Shown here: positions 20,664-30,952 of the stretch, one piece after another
How the letters are laid out: each line of letters opens with the position of its first letter
Position numbering within the stretch: position 1 is the stretch's first letter
Source: Syntrophorhabdaceae bacterium
GTDB taxonomy: Bacteria > Desulfobacterota > Syntrophorhabdia > Syntrophorhabdales > Syntrophorhabdaceae
DNA length: 64,000 nt
Reading direction: 5' to 3'
Assembly: GCA_963665295.1 (NCBI GenBank)
Contig: OY762209.1
Location: 4,384,001-4,448,000 of the forward strand
The notes under the pieces: model-generated
Told to the model about the DNA's origin: nothing
The model's database searches: none
What the model saw: the letters and a program-made list of their open reading frames with translations, nothing else
Position numbers and translations under genes: made by a program

Positions 20664-22220
20664 TTGGATATACATATAATATTGCCAATCGTTTGTTTCG
20701 TCGCAGCTCTGCTCCTCGGGTTTGTGCTGGCCCGCTTTGTCCAGAAAAAGAAAATAGGCGAGTACGAAAAGATCGGGAAGAAGATTCTGGACGATGCCAA
20801 GAAAGAGGCGGACGTCCTGACCAGAGAAGCTTCGATCCAGGCAAAAGATATCGTCATCAAGGCAAATAATGAGATTGAGCAGGAAGTAAAAACCCGCAGA
20901 CTGGAACTTCAGAACTCCGAAAGGAGGCTTTCACAAAAAGAGTCGGGCCTCGACAAGAAACTTGAAAGTCTGGACAAGAAAGAAGATGAGCTTGCAAAAA
21001 AGGACCGTGACCTCATCCAGAAGCAAGTTCAGCTCGATGCCAAGGGGAAAGAGTATGACGACCTCCTGGTGAAGGGGAGAGAACAGCTGGAGAAGGTATC
21101 GGGTCTTACTGCCGAAGAAGCGAAAAAGGTCCTCATGCAGATGATGGAAGACGAGGCCAAGTATGAGGCGGTCAAGATCTGCAAGAGAATAGAAGAGGAA
21201 GCAAAAGAAAGATCGGACAAGAAAGCCAAGGAGATTATCGCCCTTGCCATTCAGAGATATGCGGGAGATTACGTCGGCGAAGATACGGTCTCGGCCGTCA
21301 CCCTGCCCAACGAAGAGATGAAGGGTCGGATCATCGGCAGAGAAGGTCGGAATATCAGAGCACTCGAGGCAGCCACCGGTGTTGACATTATCATCGACGA
21401 TACACCAGAGGCGGTTATCCTTTCCTGCTTTAACCCCATTCGGAGAGAAGTTGCGAGGATAGCAATCGAGCGTCTCATAAGCGACGGCAGGATCCATCCC
21501 GCCCGGATCGAGGAGATTGTCTCCAAAGTCGCAGAGGAGATGGAAAACAAGACCAAAGAGGCCGGGGAACAGGCGGTCTTTGATCTTGGCGTCCACAACG
21601 TCCACCCCGAACTGGTAAAACTCCTCGGACGGCTGAAGTTCAGGAGCAGTTACGCCCAGAACATCTATCAGCACTCTTTGGAAGTGGCTTTCATTTGCGG
21701 CGTCATCGCCGCCGAACTCAAGGCGAACGTCAAGGAGGCAAAGAGGGCCGGTCTCCTCCATGACATCGGAAAGGCCGTGGATCACGAGATAGAAGGCTCC
21801 CATGCGTCGATAGGAGCGGATCTCGCAAAGAAATACGGTGAACCCGAAGAAATCGTCCATTCCATTCTCGCCCATCATGAAGACGTGCCCGCCGCAGGTC
21901 TCCTGGACGTCATAGTCCAGGCTGCAGACGCCCTCTCGGGCGCACGGCCCGGAGCACGAAGAGAGATGCTCGAGACTTACATCAAGAGACTTGAAGAACT
22001 TGAGCGCATTGCGAATGGTTTTACCGGCGTTGAAAAGTCCTATGCAATCCAGGCAGGAAGGGAGATCAGGATCGTGGTCAACAGCGAACGGATCACTGAC
22101 GACACCACCTACAGCCTGTCAAAGGATATCGCGCGGAAGATAGAAACGGAACTCTCATATCCCGGACAGATCAAAATAGTCGTAATACGAGAGACAAGAG
22201 CTGTAGAATATGCCAAGTGA
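20664..22220 (+). CDS. rny: Ribonuclease Y
   Basis: N-terminal TM, coiled coil, KH domain ([14 protein letters not shown]), HD domain (GLLHDIGKA). TTG start. Confidence 0.96.
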   Translation: MDIHIILPIVCFVAALLLGFVLARFVQKKKIGEYEKIGKKILDDAKKEADVLTREASIQAKDIVIKANNEIEQEVKTRRLELQNSERRLSQKESGLDKKLESLDKKEDELAKKDRDLIQKQVQLDAKGKEYDDLLVKGREQLEKVSGLTAEEAKKVLMQMMEDEAKYEAVKICKRIEEEAKERSDKKAKEIIALAIQRYAGDYVGEDTVSAVTLPNEEMKGRIIGREGRNIRALEAATGVDIIIDDTPEAVILSCFNPIRREVARIAIERLISDGRIHPARIEEIVSKVAEEMENKTKEAGEQAVFDLGVHNVHPELVKLLGRLKFRSSYAQNIYQHSLEVAFICGVIAAELKANVKEAKRAGLLHDIGKAVDHEIEGSHASIGADLAKKYGEPEEIVHSILAHHEDVPAAGLLDVIVQAADALSGARPGARREMLETYIKRLEELERIANGFTGVEKSYAIQAGREIRIVVNSERITDDTTYSLSKDIARKIETELSYPGQIKIVVIRETRAVEYAK

Positions 22221-22983
22221 GATAAGAGTCCTCTTTCTTGGCGACGTCATAGGGAAACCCGGGCGGAAGGCGGCGGAGCATTTTATCAAGACCGTTGACG
22301 CGGATTTCAAGGTCATAAACGGTGAAAATCTCGCAGGCGGGATCGGCATCACTCCTGCCGTGGCGATCGAGATGCTCTCTTCCGGCGTCGATATCATCAC
22401 CACCGGGAACCACATATGGAAAAAGAGGGATATCGCTCCTTTCCTCATGGAGGAACACAGGGTGATCCGCCCCCTCAACTACCCTCCGGGCACGCCCGGC
22501 TTCGGCCACGTCATCCTCAAGAAAGGAAACAAGGCCTTGCGTGTCGCGAACATCGAAGGTCGTGTTTTCATGAACCCCCTTGACTGCCCTTTCCGGGCAA
22601 TGGAGGGACTCATCGCCCACATGGACAAATCAATCCCCCTTATTGTCGATTTTCATGCGGAAGCCACATCCGAAAAGATAGCCATGGGCTGGTTTCTCGA
22701 CGGCGGCGCTGCGGCCATGTTCGGCACCCATACGCACGTCCAGACAGCCGATGAGAGAATCCTCCCCAAAGGCATGGGATATATCACCGACGCAGGCATG
22801 ACCGGTCCCGCCGACTCCGTCATAGGCATGGAAAAGAGCGGCATTCTCGAAAAATTTGTCACCCAGATGCCTCAGAGATTCGAAGTGGGCAGGGATGATG
22901 TTGAAATACAGGGGGTCATCGTCACCCTTGAAGCTACCGGTAACCGGTGCATCAAGATAGAGAGAATAAAAGAGAAGGCCTGA
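22210..22983 (+). CDS. ymdB: YmdB-family metallophosphoesterase (TIGR00282-type)
   Basis: [42 protein letters not shown]. Confidence 0.93.
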   Translation: MPSEIRVLFLGDVIGKPGRKAAEHFIKTVDADFKVINGENLAGGIGITPAVAIEMLSSGVDIITTGNHIWKKRDIAPFLMEEHRVIRPLNYPPGTPGFGHVILKKGNKALRVANIEGRVFMNPLDCPFRAMEGLIAHMDKSIPLIVDFHAEATSEKIAMGWFLDGGAAAMFGTHTHVQTADERILPKGMGYITDAGMTGPADSVIGMEKSGILEKFVTQMPQRFEVGRDDVEIQGVIVTLEATGNRCIKIERIKEKA

Positions 22984-22992
22984 AGCTGAAGA

Positions 22993-24213
22993 ATGGAGCA
23001 GACCATGGATATTGAAAGAGAGATAGAAATACTCAAAAGGGGCGCCGTCGATGTAATCAACGAAGCGGACCTCCGGCAGAAAATCCTAAAAGCCAGGGCC
23101 GAAGGCAGACCGTTGAGGGTCAAGTTGGGAATGGACCCCACCGCACCAGACCTCCACCTCGGCCACACCGTTGTCATCCAAAAACTCAAGCAATTTCAGG
23201 AACTCGGCCATACTGCGGTCTTCCTCATCGGAGATTTCACCGGCCTCATCGGAGACCCCACGGGCAGGATCGAAACCAGACCTACCCTTACCAAAGAACA
23301 ACTCATGGTAAATGCGCAGACATACAAGGATCAGATATTCAAAATCCTTGACCCGGAAAAGACCGAGATACGGTTTAACAGCGAGTGGATGGAAGCCCTG
23401 AACGCCGCCGACATGATCCGCCTCTGCGCCCAGTATACGGTAGCCCGTATGCTGGAAAGGGATGACTTCAGGAAAAGACTCCAGAACAATTTGTCTATCA
23501 GTATCCATGAATTCCTGTACCCTCTGGTGCAGGCTTACGATTCCGTGGCTTTAAGAGCGGATGTGGAACTCGGCGGACATGATCAGATTTTCAACCTTCT
23601 CGTAGGCAGGGACATCCAGCGGGTGTACGGCCAGGAATCACAGATCGTCCTCACGGTTCCCCTCCTGGAAGGCACGGACGGCGTGAATAAAATGAGTAAA
23701 AGTTACGGGAACTATGTCGGCATAGACGAACCTGCCGACGTAATGTTCGGCAAGCTCATGTCCATATCTGATGAGCTCATGCTGAAGTACTACGAACTCA
23801 TGAGCGATATTTCCCTTGAAGAGCTTAACACCCTGAAGGCAGGCATAAAGAGTGGAGAGGTCCATCCGAAGGCCGCCAAGATCGCCTTTGCCAAAGAGAT
23901 CATCACGAGATTTCATGGGGAAAAAGATGCCCAGGCGGCTCATGATAACTTTGAAAAAATATTCAAGAACAGGGAGATCCCCGACAATATAGAAGTCGTA
24001 ACGGTCAGGAGGGAAGACGCGGGCCCATGGCTGCCCAAACTCCTCACCCATATAGGCATGATCTCTTCCACCTCGGAAGGTAAGCGGATGATCGCCCAGG
24101 GCGCGGTCACGATAAATGGGACCAAGATCAAGACAGAGGACGTCCCGCAGGAAAACGAGCTTATCATCAAAGTGGGGAAGCGCAACTTCAGAAAGGTCCT
24201 TATCGAGGACTGA
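22993..24213 (+). CDS. tyrS: Tyrosine--tRNA ligase
   Basis: [17 protein letters not shown]-terminal S4-like domain. Confidence 0.96.
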   Translation: MEQTMDIEREIEILKRGAVDVINEADLRQKILKARAEGRPLRVKLGMDPTAPDLHLGHTVVIQKLKQFQELGHTAVFLIGDFTGLIGDPTGRIETRPTLTKEQLMVNAQTYKDQIFKILDPEKTEIRFNSEWMEALNAADMIRLCAQYTVARMLERDDFRKRLQNNLSISIHEFLYPLVQAYDSVALRADVELGGHDQIFNLLVGRDIQRVYGQESQIVLTVPLLEGTDGVNKMSKSYGNYVGIDEPADVMFGKLMSISDELMLKYYELMSDISLEELNTLKAGIKSGEVHPKAAKIAFAKEIITRFHGEKDAQAAHDNFEKIFKNREIPDNIEVVTVRREDAGPWLPKLLTHIGMISSTSEGKRMIAQGAVTINGTKIKTEDVPQENELIIKVGKRNFRKVLIED

Positions 24214-24485
24214 TTCGGCCCGGTGCCGGAGCCACCGTCTTGTCCGCCCCCATACGGAGTACCCCTCTCCCTTAACGCTCTGATCCCAAACCCCGTTGGC
24301 GTCGCCCCCTTTCAGGGGAACCCGGACCGAGGATCGTCCGGCACGCTCCTGCCGTCCCGTATGTCTCTCCGGGGCTTGAAATAAGACAGACTATATGGGA
24401 GAATGATGGTCGGTACGCACGTCTTTCGATCGCTTTTTAATCCATACCGCAAGATTAGGAAGCCGCGTGACAGGGAGGAACAGGT

Positions 24486-26198
24486 ATGGCATTCCGTTTA
24501 GGTGAACTTCTCGTAAGGATGTCCCAAATTACACAGAAACAGTTGGACGAAGCCCTTCTCCAGCAAAAGCTCGAGGGAGGCAGGATCGGAGAGGTCCTCA
24601 TAAGAAAGGGCCTTATCACGGAACCGGGGATCCTCGAGGCCCTGTCGAGACAGTTCGGAATACCCGTGGTCGACCTCGACAACACCACCATAGATGAGAC
24701 CGTCATAGGCCTCATCCCTGCGAACACGGCCCGCAAGTACACCATCATGCCTGTCAGCAAGAAGGGAAACACCCTCACCATAGCCATCGTAGACCCCACC
24801 AAGATTTTCGATCTGAAGGAGATTAAGATCTTCACAGGCTACAATATCGACCCCGTCCTCACCTCCGAAGCCGCCGTACTGAAAGCGATAGAGACCTACT
24901 ACGAAACGACCCACAACGTGGAGTTGAGGAAGTTGATGGATGACCTCGGCGCCACGGACAACGTTTCCCTGGAAATACTCGAGGAAGAAGAATCGGGAGA
25001 TGTGGCGAAGCTCGAATCGGATGCAAAACAACCGCCCGTGGTCCAGATAGTGAATCACATCTTTACCGAGGCCATCAAGAAGGGGGCCAGCGATATCCAC
25101 ATCGAACCCTTCGAAGACTCGGAGCGGATTCGTTATCGTATCGACGGTGTTCTATACGAGATCATCAGATTACCCATACGGTATAAGGACGGCGTAATAT
25201 CGAGGATCAAAGTGCTCTCACGCATGGACATCGCTGAAAAACGACTACCCCAGGACGGCAGGATCAAGATCCAGATGAAAATAGGCGGTCGTATGAAAAA
25301 TATCGACATCCGTGTTTCGTCGATCCCGACCCTCTTCGGCGAGAAGATCGTTATGCGACTCCTCGACAAAGAGGGTCTCATGCTTGATATGAGGAGGCTC
25401 GGATTCGAACCGGAGAGCCTGAACCTTTTCGAGAATGCCATCCTCAAACCGTGGGGCATGGTGCTCGTCACAGGGCCCACCGGCTCAGGCAAGACCAACA
25501 CCCTTTACAGCGCCATAGGAAGGATCAATACACCCGAGGTCAACATCATGACCGTCGAGGACCCCATCGAATTCAACCTCGACGGGATCAATCAGGTCCA
25601 GGTCCAGGAGTACATCGGGCTTACTTTCGCCTCAGTCCTTCGGTCTTTCCTGCGCCAGGATCCGAACATCATCCTGGTGGGCGAGGTCAGGGACAATGAA
25701 ACCGCGGAGATCGCCATCAAGGCCTCTCTTACAGGACACCTTGTATTGTCCACCCTCCACACGAACGACGCACCGTCCGCAATCATCCGCCTCATGGACA
25801 TGGGTATCGATCCCTTCCTGGTTGCCACATCGGTCATCCTTATAGCCGCACAACGACTCATTCGCAGGATCTGCCAGGAATGCAAGGAGCAGGTCACTCA
25901 TCCCCCAAGGGCGCTCATGGACATCGGTTTTTCCGAGGAAGACGCCAACAGCGTGCGCATATACAAAGGAAAGGGCTGCACCCGGTGCAACAACACGGGA
26001 TACAAAGGCAGGGTGGGCCTTTTTGAAGTAATGCCTGTAACGCCTGCCATCAGGGACCTCATCTTTGCCCGGGCGAACGCCTCTGACCTAAGAAAGAGGG
26101 CAATCGAGGAGGGCATGATCACCTTGAGGCAGAGCGGTCTCACCAAGATCAAGAACGGCGTGACCACCGTCGAAGAAGTTCTTCGGGAAACCTTTTGA
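24486..26198 (+). CDS. pilB: Type IV-A pilus assembly ATPase PilB (GspE/PilB family) with N-terminal MshEN domain
   Basis: ASDIHIEP, Walker A GPTGSGKT, LRQDPNIILVGEVRD, STLHTN, CxxC...CxxC Zn site. Confidence 0.9.
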   Translation: MAFRLGELLVRMSQITQKQLDEALLQQKLEGGRIGEVLIRKGLITEPGILEALSRQFGIPVVDLDNTTIDETVIGLIPANTARKYTIMPVSKKGNTLTIAIVDPTKIFDLKEIKIFTGYNIDPVLTSEAAVLKAIETYYETTHNVELRKLMDDLGATDNVSLEILEEEESGDVAKLESDAKQPPVVQIVNHIFTEAIKKGASDIHIEPFEDSERIRYRIDGVLYEIIRLPIRYKDGVISRIKVLSRMDIAEKRLPQDGRIKIQMKIGGRMKNIDIRVSSIPTLFGEKIVMRLLDKEGLMLDMRRLGFEPESLNLFENAILKPWGMVLVTGPTGSGKTNTLYSAIGRINTPEVNIMTVEDPIEFNLDGINQVQVQEYIGLTFASVLRSFLRQDPNIILVGEVRDNETAEIAIKASLTGHLVLSTLHTNDAPSAIIRLMDMGIDPFLVATSVILIAAQRLIRRICQECKEQVTHPPRALMDIGFSEEDANSVRIYKGKGCTRCNNTGYKGRVGLFEVMPVTPAIRDLIFARANASDLRKRAIEEGMITLRQSGLTKIKNGVTTVEEVLRETF

Positions 26199-26639
26199 GC
26201 CGATCCCCCTTACTCATTTCCTGACATTGCGCGCCTTCCCCTCACTCCCCTTCCCTCGAAGCATGCTGTTATAGCTGCGGGCCCGATACCTGCTCCCCGC
26301 CCCTTATCGCCTTCCTCCTCACCCCCACTCCCCGACGGAGATGACGACTCCACATCATTGTTCTTAATTATATACAATTGTGTTGCAATAAGATACGGCT
26401 CATGCTATCATTCTACCATGATCTTCAAGAGATAACACCATGATGGGTATGATCATATTTCACAATAAATTCGTTTTCCTGCAAATGTTTTCCCCTGGAC
26501 CGCCCCTTCCCTTTTGCCCCTGATTACCACGGGACCGTCGGTGTACGGCCCGGGGAGCCGCGAAAAAACGGGAGGAACGCGACCGTCCGGAGGTTACGGG
26601 CCCATGGCGGACGAGCATTGTAAGGACAGGAGGATAGAT

Positions 26640-27452
26640 ATGACTATAACGGACAGAGGTCTTAAGACCGCTGAAGGTCCCGATGCAGAACGCCTTTTCC
26701 GTGTTCGGAACCACAATTTTTGGGAACAAAAGGCCGCAGAGTTCGCGGAAAGTACCTTGGGGGCCGGATATGCCGAGGGCTTTCTCGATATCATAGATGT
26801 GGAACAGGAATGGACTGTCCTCGACATGGCTTCCGGGGGAGGGACCATTGCCATTCCCCTCGCAGGGAAAGTGAAGAGTGTCACCGCTGTTGATTCTTCC
26901 GAGACAGTCCTTCAAATATTGGAAAGACGTTGCCGTGAGAAGAACATTACCAACATCACCCGGATCCGGGGGAGGTGGGAGGATGATTGGGATGCACTGG
27001 GTATCGGAACCCATGATGTGGCGATTGCGTCACGGTCTCTTCTCGCCTTCGATCCCCTCGCCGGTATAGGCAAGCTGAACCGGACAGCGAAAAGGCGGGT
27101 ATATATTTCCATGAGCGTGGGTGATGGCCCCTTTGACCGCAGGGTCTTCGAAGCCACCGGCAGGAAGCTCGATACGGGTCCGAGCTACACCTATATCTAC
27201 TATAATGTGCTCTATCAGCACCTCGGATTGCTCGCAAATATCGCCTTTGTCCGTGAAGAGTACGACAACGGGTGGGGGAGCCGGGAAGAAGCCCTGGATG
27301 CGCAACGGTGGATGTTTCACGACCTGACGGAAGAAGAGGAGGAGAAGTTGAGGTTTCATCTCGGCACGACCCTTATAGATGTGGACGGGAAATGGCGGCT
27401 GCCTTACGAAAGGCATTGCACCTGGGCCGTCCTTTGGTGGGAGAAGAAGTAA
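26640..27452 (+). CDS. Class I SAM-dependent methyltransferase
   Basis: VLDMASGGGTIA, VTAVDSS, DVAIASRS; SD AGGAGG before ATG 26640. Confidence 0.8.
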   Translation: MTITDRGLKTAEGPDAERLFRVRNHNFWEQKAAEFAESTLGAGYAEGFLDIIDVEQEWTVLDMASGGGTIAIPLAGKVKSVTAVDSSETVLQILERRCREKNITNITRIRGRWEDDWDALGIGTHDVAIASRSLLAFDPLAGIGKLNRTAKRRVYISMSVGDGPFDRRVFEATGRKLDTGPSYTYIYYNVLYQHLGLLANIAFVREEYDNGWGSREEALDAQRWMFHDLTEEEEEKLRFHLGTTLIDVDGKWRLPYERHCTWAVLWWEKK

Positions 27453-27517
27453 CCGTCCCATCAGGACCGCGGGAGGGTCGAGTTCGGGCGACACCTGGAG
27501 AAAAGGGCCTCCTTTCT

Positions 27518-28453
27518 TCAGGTGCTCCCATCGTAAAGCCGCGACCCCTCAGCCCACAATTTCTCCGCCTCGTTCACGCCTATCCGCTTCAATATCACCC
27601 TGTCCCTGGGTTTCAGGTGGGCAAGACGGTCGCGGTCCGCCCTCGCCACCACCCCTACTCTCGCGTAACCCCCGATTGTCCGTTCGTAGAGCGTGATTAT
27701 GGGCGCCCCGTCTCCCGGGACCTGGATGGTCCCCGGCAAAATCCCCTCCGACACGATACTCCGTTCCGCCCCCTTCCTGAATGTCAGAGGTGCGCCGTCA
27801 AGCCTGATCCCTGTCCGGTTTATTCGCGGGGAGACCGTAAACCCTTCTTCTCTCCGGTCCCCGAAAAATCTCTCCAGCGACAGGCCGGTGAAGTTGCCCA
27901 TTTCAGGCCCCTCTACCACCCTCAAGATATGAGGCGGCACCACGGGAGGGACTGCGCCCGCAGGGGTCATTGACTTCCCGCCGGCTCTCACTTCCTCGAA
28001 AAGGATGAGATCCCCCCTCAGGAGAGGTCGTCCCGTAAATCCTCCGAACCTGCACTCCACATTGGTGGTGCGGCTTCCCATGCGCCTTTCGAGGGCCGGC
28101 GTACCGGAAAAACCTACATAATACCGGAACCCCTCCTTCACCTCTTTCACTGTCACCGTGCTGCCTTTGGGCACCGGGAAAGTTGCCCAGGGCTCCACCG
28201 GATCGTTATCGACGTGGATGACCACCTTCGCCCCCGTGACGGCGCACCACACGTCAAGTCCTGCCGTGAAAGAAAATCCGCTCCCCGTCACTTCAAGGGC
28301 GGGGGTGTCGGGCGGATTCCCGTTAAGGCTGTTCACCATACGAAAGGCGTAGCCATCCAGAGCGGATGACGGGGGAACGCCGATATCCGCGTAGCCGTGC
28401 CTTCCTCCATCCACAAAGAGCGCAAGCCAGGCCGGGTTTATCACCTCTATCAT
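27518..28453 (-). CDS. pxpC: 5-oxoprolinase subunit C (biotin-dependent carboxyltransferase / AHS2 family)
   Basis: GVPPSSALD, NRTGIRL, GTIQVPGDGAPII, TIGGY. Confidence 0.87.
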   Translation of the reverse strand: MIEVINPAWLALFVDGGRHGYADIGVPPSSALDGYAFRMVNSLNGNPPDTPALEVTGSGFSFTAGLDVWCAVTGAKVVIHVDNDPVEPWATFPVPKGSTVTVKEVKEGFRYYVGFSGTPALERRMGSRTTNVECRFGGFTGRPLLRGDLILFEEVRAGGKSMTPAGAVPPVVPPHILRVVEGPEMGNFTGLSLERFFGDRREEGFTVSPRINRTGIRLDGAPLTFRKGAERSIVSEGILPGTIQVPGDGAPIITLYERTIGGYARVGVVARADRDRLAHLKPRDRVILKRIGVNEAEKLWAEGSRLYDGST

Positions 28454-29091
28454 ATCCGCACAAACCTCACCGTATCGCCTATCTTAAGCGTGCTGTAGGG
28501 CTCTTTCTCCGGGTCGAAGAGGGTGGCGTCCGTTTTGCCGATGATGCGCCATCCCGCTGGAGACTCATAGGGGTAGATGCCTGTCTGGAGCCGTGCCAGT
28601 CCCACCGAACCTTCAGGGACTTTCAGCCTCGGCGTTTCGAGCCTCGGGACGTACAGCCTCTTATCCAGTGTGGCCAGGTACGGAAAACCGGGCATAAAGC
28701 CCACCGCGAAGACCGTATATACGGCTGCGGCGTGGATCTCGACCACCTCTTCCTCCGTAAGTCCTGAATATGAACAGACATACTCCATGTCAGGCCCATA
28801 ACCGCCGCCATATCTGACCGGCACCTCATGGACCGCCGGTTCGGGAACGTAGGTGTCCTGGGCCTCCCCTTCCCTTTCAGCCAGCAGGGCCGACAGGGAG
28901 TCAAAGGACACATACCCGGCGTCAAAGCGCACAAGGCAGGATCTGAAGGATGGAATTATGTCAAGAACGCCTTCAAGTTCGAGGGATTTGACGAAATAAT
29001 ACCATCGTCTCACCTTTCTGTGGACTTCAAGGTCGATGCCCTCACCGAAAATTACACGAATGCCCTCTTCTCCGAGTCTCAGGAAGTCCAT
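28450..29091 (-). CDS. pxpB: 5-oxoprolinase subunit B (AHS1 family)
   Basis: VPVRYGGGYGPD, GFMPGFPYL, PRLKVPEGSVG, YPYESPAGWRIIG. Confidence 0.9.
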   Translation of the reverse strand: MDFLRLGEEGIRVIFGEGIDLEVHRKVRRWYYFVKSLELEGVLDIIPSFRSCLVRFDAGYVSFDSLSALLAEREGEAQDTYVPEPAVHEVPVRYGGGYGPDMEYVCSYSGLTEEEVVEIHAAAVYTVFAVGFMPGFPYLATLDKRLYVPRLETPRLKVPEGSVGLARLQTGIYPYESPAGWRIIGKTDATLFDPEKEPYSTLKIGDTVRFVRI

Positions 29092-29094
29092 ATC

Positions 29095-29874
29095 TCAAAT
29101 GAATGTGTTGAGGGGCGCCACTTCTATACCTTCCTCGCCCGCCCGTTCGCGGAGTCGTCGCGCCGCATCCACGCTCTCCATATTATCGCCGTGGATGCAT
29201 ATGGTGTCGATGTCCATGGCGAGCCAACGGCCGTTCACACTCTCGATGCCGCCCTTCATTACCATCTCGACCGCCCTCTCCGCGATTGAGATCCGGTCTC
29301 TTATGACCGAATTCTCCATGGTCCTTGCGAGGAGCCCCCCTTCGTCGCCATATTGCCGGTCAGGGAAAGCCTCCAGCGCAAGCCTGATCCCTTCCTGCCT
29401 GCATCTCTTTTTGAGCCCGGTTGCCTTTTCTGAACTGAGGGTTAAGAATATTACATTGCCGAACGCCTTTCTTACCGCAGTCACGACCTTCAGAAACAAG
29501 GCCTCTTCCGTCACCAGGTGGTGGTAAAGAGCCCCGTGCAACTTCACGTGCTGCAGAGGCAGCCCCGCAATATTGAGAAATCCCTGCAAGGCGCCCACCT
29601 GGTATACTACATAGTTGATCAATTCTTCCTGGGAAACATCCATGAACCTTCTCCCGAAGGCCAATATGTCGGGATACCCGGGATGAGCCCCCACCATTAC
29701 CCCATGTCTTTTGCACAGGGAGACGGTCTTCTCCATAACGGTCGGGTCGGACGCGTGAAAGCCACAGGCTACATTTGAAGATGTGATATGGCGAACCGCC
29801 TCCTCATCGTTTCCCAGCCGGTAAACACCCAGAGACTCACCCATATCACAGTTCACATCTACACGGAGAGGCAT
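29095..29874 (-). CDS. pxpA: 5-oxoprolinase subunit A (LamB/YcsF family)
   Basis: DVNCDMGES, NVACGFHA, GAHPGYPD, HVKLHGALY, TICIHGD. Confidence 0.92.
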   Translation of the reverse strand: MPLRVDVNCDMGESLGVYRLGNDEEAVRHITSSNVACGFHASDPTVMEKTVSLCKRHGVMVGAHPGYPDILAFGRRFMDVSQEELINYVVYQVGALQGFLNIAGLPLQHVKLHGALYHHLVTEEALFLKVVTAVRKAFGNVIFLTLSSEKATGLKKRCRQEGIRLALEAFPDRQYGDEGGLLARTMENSVIRDRISIAERAVEMVMKGGIESVNGRWLAMDIDTICIHGDNMESVDAARRLRERAGEEGIEVAPLNTFI

Positions 29875-29972
29875 ATACTATATTACCAGAAAACCGGGAC
29901 TTTGAAAAACCCTAATCCTGTTTCACGCCATCGGCGGACGCCTCCGCCTGTCCTGCCGGGATCGGTCGGGTT

Positions 29973-30014
29973 CGACAATTTTGTCGTACCACACCTTTCC
30001 GGCCGACATTTGTC
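29973..30014. promoter_or_regulatory. Putative enhancer-binding-protein sites (GACA-Nx-TGTC palindromes)
   Basis: CGACAATTTTGTCG (29973-29986) and CGACATTTGTCC (about 30004-30015), roughly 90-120 bp upstream of the sigma54 site. Confidence 0.55.
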
Positions 30015-30092
30015 CCCCTTAAAGGACAATCCATGCCTAATATTCACGTACAATAACAACGTGTTGCATACATATACCCACCATACACTCCG

Positions 30093-30108
30093 TGGCATCG
30101 GTATTGCA
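30093..30108 (+). promoter_or_regulatory. Sigma54 (-24/-12) promoter
   Basis: TGGCATCGGTATTGCA: GG-N10-GC with TGGCA and TTGCA consensus. Upstream of an operon that encodes a sigma54 activator. Confidence 0.8.
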
Positions 30109-30355
30109 TTTTAAACTCCACGATTGAAATTACTTCCTAATGGGGGTTACAATGACGAAATGGCGTGCAAGTCCTGCAACAGCCCTTTTTTGCAGCTATC
30201 AAGGGTCCGGACGCCCCACGGCCATGTCCTTTGACAAACCCGGTCAGCTGCGTCACGCTGTCGGGCCATGGGGCCTGCATTCCTGGCATCGGTCGAAGGA
30301 CAAGCGGCGTTACCGGGGCTCGCCGGTTCGCAGGGGTGCGCGTTCCATATAGCTT

Positions 30356-30952
30356 ATGAACTACGGAAAACAGATCCTTCTGGTTATTCTTTTGCTGGCC
30401 CTCTTTCCGGCGGCGTCCCTCTATGCACAAAACAGGTACTCGGAATTTGAAAGGGACCTTCAGCTTTCAGAATCGCAGAAATCACAGGTAGAAGAGACAA
30501 AGAGAAGATACATGGACGAACTCAGGGGGCTTAACCAGGAGTATATCAACAAACGGTTGGAACTGAGACAACTGGACTCGAACCCATCGGCCAACAAGGA
30601 AAGGCGGGAAAGGCTTCAAAGAGAATTGGGAACGATAGAAGGCTCGCGGCATAACCTGTTCAATCAGTACCGGTCCGAAGTGACGAGGGCCCTGAACCAG
30701 GACCAAAGGGACAGGTACAACAATTTCGTTGACACAGAGCAGAGAAGAACCATGAATCGCCCTGTAAGCCCTCCCATGAACCGGTTGAGCCCTCCCCCTG
30801 TCGATCAGTATACCGGTCACCCTGCCCCCCGGGGCGTGAACCCTCCTTCCGGCCCCCAGTATGGCCCGACGCCCCCCATGAACCGGCCACAGGCCCCTTC
30901 TTCAATACGTCCGCCCGTCACGTCCCCTCGAATGAGAGGCTATGGAAGATAA
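30356..30952 (+). CDS. Periplasmic Spy/CpxP/ZraP-like protein with Pro-rich tail
   Basis: Signal peptide, LQLSESQK and LNQDQR (LTxxQ-like) helical motifs, repeated PPMNR tail; precedes a kinase/regulator pair. Confidence 0.65.
   Translation: MNYGKQILLVILLLALFPAASLYAQNRYSEFERDLQLSESQKSQVEETKRRYMDELRGLNQEYINKRLELRQLDSNPSANKERRERLQRELGTIEGSRHNLFNQYRSEVTRALNQDQRDRYNNFVDTEQRRTMNRPVSPPMNRLSPPPVDQYTGHPAPRGVNPPSGPQYGPTPPMNRPQAPSSIRPPVTSPRMRGYGR

Noticed and set aside
24339..24353. Sigma54-like CGGCACGCTCCTGC upstream of pilB
   Set aside because: GG to GC spacing is 9 nt rather than the required 10.
27272..27973. 233-aa plus-strand ORF
   Set aside because: Overlaps the methyltransferase out of frame and pxpC antisense; Pro/Arg-rich composition typical of a shadow ORF.
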